The notes beneath the pieces are model-generated. The model was given only the letters and a program-made list of their open reading frames with translations. It was not told the DNA's origin and ran no database searches. Shown piece by piece: positions 29,856 through 37,795 of a stretch of 64,000 nt of DNA. The position numbers and the translations under genes were made by a program. Each line of letters opens with the position of its first letter. Positions within the stretch are counted from its first letter, which is position 1. Source of the DNA: a bacterium (lineage in GTDB: Bacteria; Patescibacteriota; Saccharimonadia; UBA4664; JBBRNT01); assembly GCA_043767845.1 (NCBI GenBank), contig JAYUFZ010000008.1, positions 4,242 to 68,241 of the forward strand, in the 5' to 3' direction.

Positions 29856-31235
29856 TCAGGCAGGCAGGGCTTTAGGCCATTTGATGTTACGAATGTGGCC
29901 AGTGCGGTCGATCTCACCGTCGAGATGTTGGGACTTATGGAGCTGGTCCCAAACGTTTTGCTGCAAGCTACGGGTGTAGCTTTTGGCGTTATCGGCGCTG
30001 AGCGTTACAGTATAGCTTTGGTCGGTGCGGCCGCTGAGACGGTGGCTGGCATCAATGCCCTTGAAATCGGGCCAATGCGGATTATCGAGCTCTCCACCGT
30101 GGCCACCGGCTACTTCCCAGTGGTCGGAAGCCCAACGTTCAATGTCGTAGCGATACTTGGTCGCGTAGACCGGATCGTTGCGATAAACCGGGTCATTGCT
30201 ATAGGTGTAGTACACTTCGGTGCGCGTCTTGGACCGGCTACCAGTACATTGCTTTGTTCGCTCAGTGAAGGTGCCGTTGCCATTGCTAACCGTCTCAGAC
30301 CCGCAGTCATAGGTGTAATTTTCCGTGCCATCGGGAACGTCGCGTGCGTGACTATGGCTATTGGTTTCGTAGTGGTCAACGACCTTATTGTATCGAAAAA
30401 CCGCCGGGTAGTTACTCGTTTCGCGGCCTCCAGCCGGAACCGTCCAATCCTCTTCATGGAAAGTCTGGATTGATTCGACTTCCACCTGACGCTGCCAATT
30501 GAGCTCGCTAACTGTAAGAGCCAGAGGCTTGGTAGAAAGGAACAGGAAGTGGACGACCATATAGGTGAGCAGCAGCGTCAGGATCACACCAGCGGCAATA
30601 AACTCCCACCGGTATTGCCGATAGGCCTCACCGATATTCTTTGGCTTAGCCTTGTAACTTTCGACGCGAGTAGCGATCTGTCCAGTGCGGGGGATCTGCG
30701 AGCCTCGATGGGTGTAGTGTTCGGCGGTGCGGACATCGTCACTGTGCCCGGTTATGAGCCTTTCGCCCTCAACGAGCGGGTCGGGCAAGAGTCTTTCGAT
30801 GCGAGCGTCGGCTTCGACCGTATCTTTGTCGAAATGAACGCCCTTGGCGTAGTCACCAGTGACGTATCTGGCTACTGGAGCCGTGAAATCGTCGCCGTCG
30901 CGCTTTTGCCCACAATGCTGACAAAATTTCTGGTTGCCTTGATTAGTAGTGCCGCAGTGGCCGCAATTCCATTCCGCACCGGCGTTTGCCAGTGCAAGCT
31001 CGGCGGCATCCGTAATCTCTCGGGCACCGCGCGGTAGGTATGGCGCTTCTTCGGGAGTCAACGTCACATTGCGCGGATCGTGGCAGTTTGGGCATGTTGT
31101 CGTTAACCCAGGGATGCCAGTAGTGAGACAGTTCGAACAATCCCACATGCCTTCGAGAGTTTTCAATCGTACCTCCGGTAATTGTAGGAACATATCAAGG
31201 TGCCGGCATATTATGAAACTATTCTTACTAAACAT
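29856..31235 (-). CDS. Hypothetical protein with two N-terminal zinc ribbons, one TM, and a ~230-aa extracytoplasmic C-terminal domain
   Basis: CSNC…CPNC and CGHCG…CQHCG zinc-ribbon pairs. TM segment FIAAGVILTLLLTYMVVHFLFL. The C-terminal domain is rich in Tyr, Asn, Thr and Ser. The ORF track starts on a TTG at 31238, so the adjacent ATG was used. Has its own terminator and is GC-rich. Confidence 0.5.
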   Translation of the reverse strand: MFSKNSFIICRHLDMFLQLPEVRLKTLEGMWDCSNCLTTGIPGLTTTCPNCHDPRNVTLTPEEAPYLPRGAREITDAAELALANAGAEWNCGHCGTTNQGNQKFCQHCGQKRDGDDFTAPVARYVTGDYAKGVHFDKDTVEADARIERLLPDPLVEGERLITGHSDDVRTAEHYTHRGSQIPRTGQIATRVESYKAKPKNIGEAYRQYRWEFIAAGVILTLLLTYMVVHFLFLSTKPLALTVSELNWQRQVEVESIQTFHEEDWTVPAGGRETSNYPAVFRYNKVVDHYETNSHSHARDVPDGTENYTYDCGSETVSNGNGTFTERTKQCTGSRSKTRTEVYYTYSNDPVYRNDPVYATKYRYDIERWASDHWEVAGGHGGELDNPHWPDFKGIDASHRLSGRTDQSYTVTLSADNAKSYTRSLQQNVWDQLHKSQHLDGEIDRTGHIRNIKWPKALPA

Positions 31236-31257
31236 CAATATTATTATTTCAACAATA

Positions 31258-31312
31258 AAAAACAGCCCCGTAGCCAGGTCCCAAGAGGGGATAGGCAGTG
31301 GGGCTTGGGCCG
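31258..31312 (-). repeat. Copy B of the terminator-like element
   Basis: Shares the loop TATCCCCTC(T/C)TGGGACCTG, the GGGGC…GCCCC arms and the T-run with copy A. Confidence 0.6.
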
Positions 31313-31370
31313 CGGATGGCGGCTAGGGGATGTGCAGTAGCACATGGTAATCGGCAGGGATTGGACGGGG

Positions 31371-32570
31371 TCAAATCTGAGTCAGAACTCTTAGGATCAT
31401 GCCGACCATCGACCAATCGACTGTTTCGGCCTCGAGTATTTGGCCCAGGGTGGCGACTTCGACATAGGTGCGTTCGGTGCTGCCGGGGGCGCCGTGCGGC
31501 TGGCCGTATTGACCCTTGAGGTAGGTGATTTCGGTGTCGGTCAGGTCGACGGCGAAAAGGGTGGCTTTGTGGGCCGAGAAAGTGGCCATAAGCTGCCTTT
31601 GGCCACAGGGGACAAAGCGCTCAAAGGCCAGGTCCAAGCCCGTTTCTTCCTGGCATTCGTGCTTGGCAACCAAGCGCGGATCGGTGACCATCTGTGGATC
31701 GGAGCCTCCGGGCAATTCCCAGACATACCCAGAATCGTTGGAGACCGAGGGGCGGAACTCCCGGATCAGCACCACGGTACTGTCGTTGATCGGTACTGCC
31801 CTACGATAGAGCATCACGGCCGAAATGTCCGGCCTGGAAAGCACGATCTCATTGGTCTTGGAACGGCCTTCGGCGGCGATGTAGACCTCGACGTGCAGGG
31901 CCCACAAGTAAACCCTTTGCAGCTGAGGCCCTTTACGCACCGTCGTAAGCACGCGGGCATGCTCCAGCGTATTACCCGCTGCCTTGAGGGCTCGATACCA
32001 GCTCTGGAAATGCGTGGTCCGCCAGATGTAGAGCGGCACTTCGCGCTCGCCGTCACTACGCCAGCTGCCTTCGCCAAGTAGCTCAATGGCCCTAGCAACG
32101 GTGCCGGCCGGCGTGTCAGAGAATGGTACCTGGAATTTTTCGGCCTTGTACCCTAGATAGCGGTTTTTGACGCTTTCGTAGGGAAATCCCAGCACGATTT
32201 TGCCGGAGTCTTCCCATTCGCCCCACTCCACATTGGTCGTAAAGCCGGGCATGGTTTCCAGGTCGCGTGGCACCCAGGCAAGGATCACATCGGCCAAGTG
32301 CAAGCAGGTTGTTTCCCACTTCACTTGGTCGAGGTACTCACCGCGGTAGGTGGTGACGCCGTTGGAGTCGGGCCGGTCTTCGGGCACAAAAACCACGCCG
32401 TCGTAGCCGAGCATGGCCAGGTAACGCAGGGCCTCGGGCCGCCAGGAAGTTACACCCTCATGCCGCGGTGTCGGGCCAAGCAGGAAAATCGATTTTGCAT
32501 AGCTAGCCGGTGGTTCTTCGCGAGCGTAAACAATTGTCATAGTACGAGGTGGTGCAGTGGCCTCAGTCAT
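31371..32570 (-). CDS. Fusion protein: N-terminal nucleoside 2-deoxyribosyltransferase-like (NDT/DNPH1/Rcl-type Rossmann-like) domain plus C-terminal Nudix hydrolase domain
   Basis: N-terminal IFLLGPTP…GYDGVVFVPED…ADVILAWVP is an NDT-like pattern. The Nudix box is ELPGGSDPQMVTDPRLVAKHECQEETGL (GX5EX7REUXEEXGU). About 60–70% GC in sampled stretches, against about 47% in the flanking kinase genes. Minus-strand -35/-10 candidates lie at about 32610..32640. Confidence 0.6.
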   Translation of the reverse strand: MTEATAPPRTMTIVYAREEPPASYAKSIFLLGPTPRHEGVTSWRPEALRYLAMLGYDGVVFVPEDRPDSNGVTTYRGEYLDQVKWETTCLHLADVILAWVPRDLETMPGFTTNVEWGEWEDSGKIVLGFPYESVKNRYLGYKAEKFQVPFSDTPAGTVARAIELLGEGSWRSDGEREVPLYIWRTTHFQSWYRALKAAGNTLEHARVLTTVRKGPQLQRVYLWALHVEVYIAAEGRSKTNEIVLSRPDISAVMLYRRAVPINDSTVVLIREFRPSVSNDSGYVWELPGGSDPQMVTDPRLVAKHECQEETGLDLAFERFVPCGQRQLMATFSAHKATLFAVDLTDTEITYLKGQYGQPHGAPGSTERTYVEVATLGQILEAETVDWSMVGMILRVLTQI

Positions 32571-32742
32571 GGCTAGCCTCTCGGGGGTAGAAAAACTTTT
32601 CAGAACTCTGTTGTTATATCATCGAGCTGCAGGCTTTACAAGCATCAGCTGACTTTTGATTAAAACATCGCTACAAAATCTGCAAATAATTTGTAAACTT
32701 TGTGGTGCGTCCCGCCGATGGCGGGACTGTGGGGCAGAGCCC

Positions 32743-33045
32743 CTAGGTGGTCACAATGTGGAAGATTATGGCCAGCCCGGAGACGATGCCCATGACGTAG
32801 AGCAGGAGCAACAGTATGGCAATGGTTTCGCCGCGGCCGTTGCCGTTGAGGCGGGAGAGCTTGTAGAGGCTGGTGACCCCGAGTAGGAACACAGCGGCGG
32901 TCAGCCTGAGCGCTTCGCTCGATTGGGCACCCGGCAGATGGCTGGAGAGCCACCACAAGGTCAGCGCGGCCGTGGCCACGAAGCAGACGGTGGAGAGCTT
33001 GCCCCAGACCTGGGCGCGGCTCGGCGAGTAGGTCGACATTGTCAT
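32743..33045 (-). CDS. Small 3-TM membrane protein (~100 aa)
   Basis: Three hydrophobic helices. GGAGGA SD 5 nt upstream of the ATG at 33045 (the ORF-track TTG is at 33057). The perfect hairpin GTCCCGCC-gat-GGCGGGAC lies just downstream at 32714..32732. Confidence 0.45.
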   Translation of the reverse strand: MTMSTYSPSRAQVWGKLSTVCFVATAALTLWWLSSHLPGAQSSEALRLTAAVFLLGVTSLYKLSRLNGNGRGETIAILLLLLYVMGIVSGLAIIFHIVTT

Positions 33046-33233
33046 CTGATCCTCCAAGGATCGTGTGGGTACGGCTACTTAACCTAGCAGATGAGGATCC
33101 TTCAATGGATGTACTATTGTATTACTTTACTGTACTTTTGTCAATATTATCAATCATCGAGCCGATCCCGTCCCTAGGATAGGCTTTTAGATTGAAATAT
33201 TGCCCCCGACGCTGCATAATAAGCGTAACAACG

Positions 33234-35108
33234 ATGGTGGAGATGGCGGACCAAAAGGATCGAAATCTCAATATTCTAGCGGCCGTCCAGGCAGCCCTGG
33301 GGGCGCTTATTAGTAGTATCATCCTGATTCTTTTCAAACTCAACCCCAACTATTTGCGTGATGCTGGACTGAGCTGGGTGGTGGTGATACTCGGCTTCAC
33401 CGTGGTCGGGTATTTCCTGAGCGCGCACCAACTGATTCGCTACTTCAGTACTTCTATATCGGTCTTTATTATGTCCTGCATCAGCATTGCCAACCTGGTG
33501 CTCGTCATTGCCCAAACCGGTGGCCTCGACTCGCCCTACAATGCTTTTTTGATACTTGCGTTGGTAACCACTGGGTTGTTTAGTCTGGTAGCGACGATCA
33601 TTGGGCTCACGGCCCTCATAACCTACTATGTCGTTGCTTTTGCCCAACACCATTTCGAGTCCAGCTTTTTGGCGGCACACCTTATCCAGTTCGTCATGAT
33701 GCTCTCGGCCGGGGGCCTAGCACTGTGGGTACATAACCGTGGGCGCAAAACAGTCGCTCAAACCCAGCAAATGGCTAGCCTTTCTGGGCAGCTCGGCGAA
33801 GAGCAGCTTAAAGCCCAAGTACTCATGAATAGTATGGGTGAGGGGGTAGTAGTGGTAAACACCAGCCGCCACGTCCAGCTCTTCAACCCGGCGGCCCAAG
33901 CGCTCACCGGCTGGGACGCGGCCACAGCCCAAAACTTGAACTATCTGACCATCATGGGGCTCAAGAAAAACAACGACAGCGATGTGACCGACGCCGACGA
34001 CCCCTTCCTCCAAGCTTGGGAGAAAAAAGCCACTGTAATACGTAGCGACCTGATACTCGGCACCAAGTCCGGACGCAAAGTCGCCCTGACCATGACAGTT
34101 TCACCAATTTATGACGGAAATAACAATATCTCCGGCGGTATTGCCCTTTTCCGTGATATATCGCAGGAAAAAGAGGTTGAGCGCCAACGCAACGAATTTA
34201 TTTCCACTGCTAGCCATGAAATGCGCACCCCGGTGGCCGCAATCGAAGGCTACATAGCTCTAGCCATGAACCCAGATATCTCCACCATCGATGAGCGGGC
34301 GCGCGGTTTTCTGGGCAAAGCCCATGATAGCATCCAGCATCTTGGCGCGCTGTTTAAAGACTTGCTCTCGGTCACCAAGGTCGAGGAGGGGAAGATCGGC
34401 GGCGCCATTGAGCCAGTCGAAATCGGCAAGATGGTGCGCGAAGTGGTCAGTGACATGCAGTTTAATGCTCAGAAGAAGAACCTGACGCTGCTGTTGCAAT
34501 CCGGGGGCATGACCTTGGGCGACAAAGACGTCATGCCCCTCTTCATGGTCAAGGGCAATGGCGAGCGGCTGCGGGAAGTGACCATGAACTTAATCGAAAA
34601 CGCCCTTAAATACACCCAGCAAGGAGGCATAACCGTCGACGTCTCCGGGACAAAGGACTTAGTGACAGTGAAGGTCATCGACACCGGCGTCGGGATTGCC
34701 GCCGAAGACATTACCCATTTGTTCCAGAAATTCTACCGTGTCGATAGTACTGCCACCCGCACTATTGGCGGCACCGGTCTAGGCCTCTACTTGGTACGCA
34801 CCATTATCGAGTACTTCAACGGCCGCGCTTGGGTGGAAAGCATACTCGGCCGGGGTAGTACTTTTGCCTTTAGCCTACCACGCGTCGCCAACGACGCCAC
34901 CGCTGCCAGCCTCAACGATGCGGCAGCAGCCACGGCTCAAGCGCCAGGTTCGATTCTTCCGTCACCCTCGCCCAAGCCTGCACCAGCTCCCACCGAAACC
35001 ATCATTCATCCCGTCGTCGTGGCGGCTCCAGCAGTGCAGGAAATGCCCGTCCCGGCCAGTATGCAGAGCACACCACTCCCAGAGAGCAGCCTTGCCAAGC
35101 CAGTGTAA
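33234..35108 (+). CDS. Sensor histidine kinase (multi-TM N-terminal region, PAS, HisKA, HATPase_c) with Pro-rich C-terminal tail
   Basis: H-box FISTASHEMRTPVAAIEGY and G-boxes. About 5 TM helices at the N-terminus. The ORF-track start is a TTG at 33192, so the ATG at 33234 was preferred. Confidence 0.75.
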   Translation: MVEMADQKDRNLNILAAVQAALGALISSIILILFKLNPNYLRDAGLSWVVVILGFTVVGYFLSAHQLIRYFSTSISVFIMSCISIANLVLVIAQTGGLDSPYNAFLILALVTTGLFSLVATIIGLTALITYYVVAFAQHHFESSFLAAHLIQFVMMLSAGGLALWVHNRGRKTVAQTQQMASLSGQLGEEQLKAQVLMNSMGEGVVVVNTSRHVQLFNPAAQALTGWDAATAQNLNYLTIMGLKKNNDSDVTDADDPFLQAWEKKATVIRSDLILGTKSGRKVALTMTVSPIYDGNNNISGGIALFRDISQEKEVERQRNEFISTASHEMRTPVAAIEGYIALAMNPDISTIDERARGFLGKAHDSIQHLGALFKDLLSVTKVEEGKIGGAIEPVEIGKMVREVVSDMQFNAQKKNLTLLLQSGGMTLGDKDVMPLFMVKGNGERLREVTMNLIENALKYTQQGGITVDVSGTKDLVTVKVIDTGVGIAAEDITHLFQKFYRVDSTATRTIGGTGLGLYLVRTIIEYFNGRAWVESILGRGSTFAFSLPRVANDATAASLNDAAAATAQAPGSILPSPSPKPAPAPTETIIHPVVVAAPAVQEMPVPASMQSTPLPESSLAKPV

Positions 35109-35185
35109 TCTTGTTAAGCTAACACTAGAAATTGGTTCCAAGTACCAGATGTGACGCGATAGAGTAATTAAATAGGTAATCCACC

Positions 35186-35908
35186 ATGCCAAAACTGCTG
35201 CTCGTCGAAGATGACATTAATTTGCGAGATATCTACTCGGCCCGCTTCATGGCTGAGCAGTACACTGTCATCACCGCCGCCGACGGCGAGGAAGCCCTAG
35301 CGACAGCTGTTCGTGAACGCCCCGACTTAATTATTCTCGATGTCATGATGCCGAAGATAAGTGGCTTCGATGTCCTAGACATTCTGCGTTCGACACCCGA
35401 GACCAAAGAAACCAAGATCATCATGATGACCGCTCTTTCCCAAGAAACAGACAAGGCTCGTGGCGAAGCATTGGGCGTTAATAAGTACCTCATCAAGTCC
35501 CAAGTGACCCTAGAGGACGTCGTCAGCTCGGTCAAAGAAATCCTCGGCGGGAGCACTGTGCCAGCTGGTGTCGTCACGAGCCCTGTTGTCGCACCAAGCT
35601 CACCCACAGCCACCAACGCACTGGCCGAGCCCGAAGTTACCGCCCCACAAGTCACGCCAGGTGCCGATGCAGCAGTAACCACTGAGCCCGAAACCGCAGT
35701 CACAGAGCCTGATTCGAGCACTACTTCAGCTGATATGGATGAGCCAAAGATGGCTACTAGCCCAACAGAACCTGCTATCACTACTGCCAGTATCGCCGCA
35801 GCACCTGCTAGCAGTAATGACAGCCAAGCCTCTACTGGCTCGTCGTCGAGCGCCCCGAGTGAGCCAACACCTGGCGCCGATACCAGCTCCAGCGAAGCAA
35901 TCCTCTAA
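35186..35908 (+). CDS. Response-regulator receiver domain fused to a ~120-aa Ser/Thr/Pro/Ala-rich disordered tail (no DNA-binding output)
   Basis: LLLVEDD…DLIILDVMMPKISG…K receiver motifs, then the low-complexity tail VVAPSSPTATNALAEP…. Confidence 0.7.
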   Translation: MPKLLLVEDDINLRDIYSARFMAEQYTVITAADGEEALATAVRERPDLIILDVMMPKISGFDVLDILRSTPETKETKIIMMTALSQETDKARGEALGVNKYLIKSQVTLEDVVSSVKEILGGSTVPAGVVTSPVVAPSSPTATNALAEPEVTAPQVTPGADAAVTTEPETAVTEPDSSTTSADMDEPKMATSPTEPAITTASIAAAPASSNDSQASTGSSSSAPSEPTPGADTSSSEAIL

Positions 35909-35920
35909 ATCTAGCTTACT

Positions 35921-36610
35921 ATGAATTACCAAGTCGCCGTTCTGAATTTCGAAGGACCGCTCGATTTGTTACTTCAGCTTGTCGAAAAGTCCCAGCTGGA
36001 AGTGACGGCAATTTCGTTAGCCGAGCTGACCGAGCAGTATCTGGCCTACCTCGACAAACTCCAGGCCATCAGTACTAAGGATTTACACCAGTTTATAGAA
36101 CTAGCCAGCCGGCTGGTCTACATAAAAAGCCTGGCTCTTTTGCCAGACAGTAGGCTCGAGAGCGACCCAGGCGTACGAGAGCTACGCGAGCAATTGGCCA
36201 CCTACCAGCGCTACCACGCGGCCGCCAAATATCTGAGTGACTTACTTGGTGGCGGCCGCAGTTTCCGTCGACCTTCGGTTAAGGTCCAGGCCAGTCCTAC
36301 CACTCCCATGCCGCATATGGAACTCAACGAACTAAGCGCGGTTTTCCGCCAACTACTGGCCAAAATGCCTAAGCCAGGCACCGAGCTTCAGGTCACCCCG
36401 ACCATTACACTCGAAGATATGATTAAGCAGCTCAGCAACTTCATGCAGCACAGCCACGCCAAGCTGGAGGATTTCCTAGGCAATCTTAGTAGCCGGCTGG
36501 AGCTCATCATCGCTTTTCTAGCCACACTGGAGTTAGTCAAAAGCGGTTGGCTAGTGGTCACCCAAGACCAACAGTTTGGGACCATTACCCTCCAAAAGGC
36601 TGCAGTATGA
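35921..36610 (+). CDS. scpA: Segregation and condensation protein A
   Basis: LNFEGPLDLLLQLVEKSQLEVTAISLAELTEQYLAYL is the ScpA N-terminal signature. Confidence 0.8.
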   Translation: MNYQVAVLNFEGPLDLLLQLVEKSQLEVTAISLAELTEQYLAYLDKLQAISTKDLHQFIELASRLVYIKSLALLPDSRLESDPGVRELREQLATYQRYHAAAKYLSDLLGGGRSFRRPSVKVQASPTTPMPHMELNELSAVFRQLLAKMPKPGTELQVTPTITLEDMIKQLSNFMQHSHAKLEDFLGNLSSRLELIIAFLATLELVKSGWLVVTQDQQFGTITLQKAAV

Positions 36611-37134
36611 GCAATTTAGAATTATCGGCACAGATTGAAGCCTTGCTGTTTGTTTCGGGTCGTCCACTGAGCCCCAGCGACCTCGCGATCTATGCCGGCT
36701 CATCGGTCTCCGACGTCGAAGCTGCCCTGCTAAAACTAGCAGGGCAGCTAGCAGATCATGGCTTAAGTTTGATCTGCCACAAGGGCGAATACGAGCTAGC
36801 AACGCACCCAGCCGCTAGAGAAGCAATCGAGCGACTCCAAAACTCCGAGGTCAAGTCCGAGCTGAGCAAGCCGGCCTTGGAGACATTGGCTATCATCGCC
36901 TACAAGCAGCCAATCAGCCGGAGTGGTATCGAAGAAATCCGCGGCGTAGCCAGTGAGCAAAGCATTAAGAATCTTTTGCTACGTGGCTTGGTCGTGGAAG
37001 CTGGCAAATCCAAGGAGCCTGGCAAGCCGACGCTGTACGCTACCAGTCACAGTTTTTTGCGCCATTTTGGCCTTACCACAGCTGCCCAACTACCAGCACT
37101 TGATAATTTTGAGGTCAATCACCATGCGGCTTAA
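36607..37134 (+). CDS. scpB: Segregation and condensation protein B
   Basis: MSNLELSAQIEALLFVSGRPLS, and a winged-helix pair. Overlaps the scpA stop (ATGA). Confidence 0.8.
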   Translation: MSNLELSAQIEALLFVSGRPLSPSDLAIYAGSSVSDVEAALLKLAGQLADHGLSLICHKGEYELATHPAAREAIERLQNSEVKSELSKPALETLAIIAYKQPISRSGIEEIRGVASEQSIKNLLLRGLVVEAGKSKEPGKPTLYATSHSFLRHFGLTTAAQLPALDNFEVNHHAA

Positions 37135-37795
37135 TCAATATATAGCTGGCGCCTCCGAGCTCTCCAGACGCTCGGCCGATGCTGCTATCGCCGAGGGCCG
37201 GGTGAAGGTCAATGGCGGAACACCGACTGCCGGCCAACAAATAGCAACCGGCGATGCGGTAACGCTCGACGATAAGCTATTGGCACTTGACACCAGGCTG
37301 CTCTACGTCGCCTTCAACAAGCCGCCAAAATATGTCACTAGTCGCAAACGCCAAGGCAATAATCCAACTATCTATGAGATATTGCCGGACGAATACCAGC
37401 ACCTGCAAGCGGTTGGACGGCTCGATAAAGACAGCTCCGGACTACTCTTACTCAGCAATGATGGCCAGTTCACCCTGCAAGCGACCCACCCCAGCTTCGG
37501 CAAAGAAAAGCGCTACTACGTTGAGACTAGCCCAGCGCACATTGCCCATGCCACCGCCAGACTAGAGGCAGTTATCGAGCTCGAAGATGGGCCTAGCCAG
37601 ATGTACGAGGTCAAACGGGTGGGCCGAGGAGTTGAGGTGACTCTGCGTGAAGGCCGCAATCGGCAAATCCGCCGGGCATTTGCCGCAATCGGTTACAGTG
37701 TCACCAAGCTTCACCGCCTGCGTTTCGGCAAACTGCTGCTCGGCGACCTGGCCATTGGTCAAACCCGGCTGGTCAGACCAGAGGATGTGCTGTGA
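37124..37795 (+). CDS. rluB: Pseudouridine synthase, RsuA/RluB family, with S4 domain
   Basis: S4-like N-terminus (RLNQYIA…SRR…I..G.V.VNG). Catalytic GRLDKDSSGLLLLSNDG motif. Confidence 0.75.
   Translation: MRLNQYIAGASELSRRSADAAIAEGRVKVNGGTPTAGQQIATGDAVTLDDKLLALDTRLLYVAFNKPPKYVTSRKRQGNNPTIYEILPDEYQHLQAVGRLDKDSSGLLLLSNDGQFTLQATHPSFGKEKRYYVETSPAHIAHATARLEAVIELEDGPSQMYEVKRVGRGVEVTLREGRNRQIRRAFAAIGYSVTKLHRLRFGKLLLGDLAIGQTRLVRPEDVL

Noticed and set aside
29709-31326. + strand ORFs 29709..30473, 30549..31037 and 30949..31326
   Set aside because: They run antisense to the better-supported minus-strand zinc-ribbon gene. Two of them begin inside the repeated terminator element or the tRNA-Glu 3' end, and all lack motifs.
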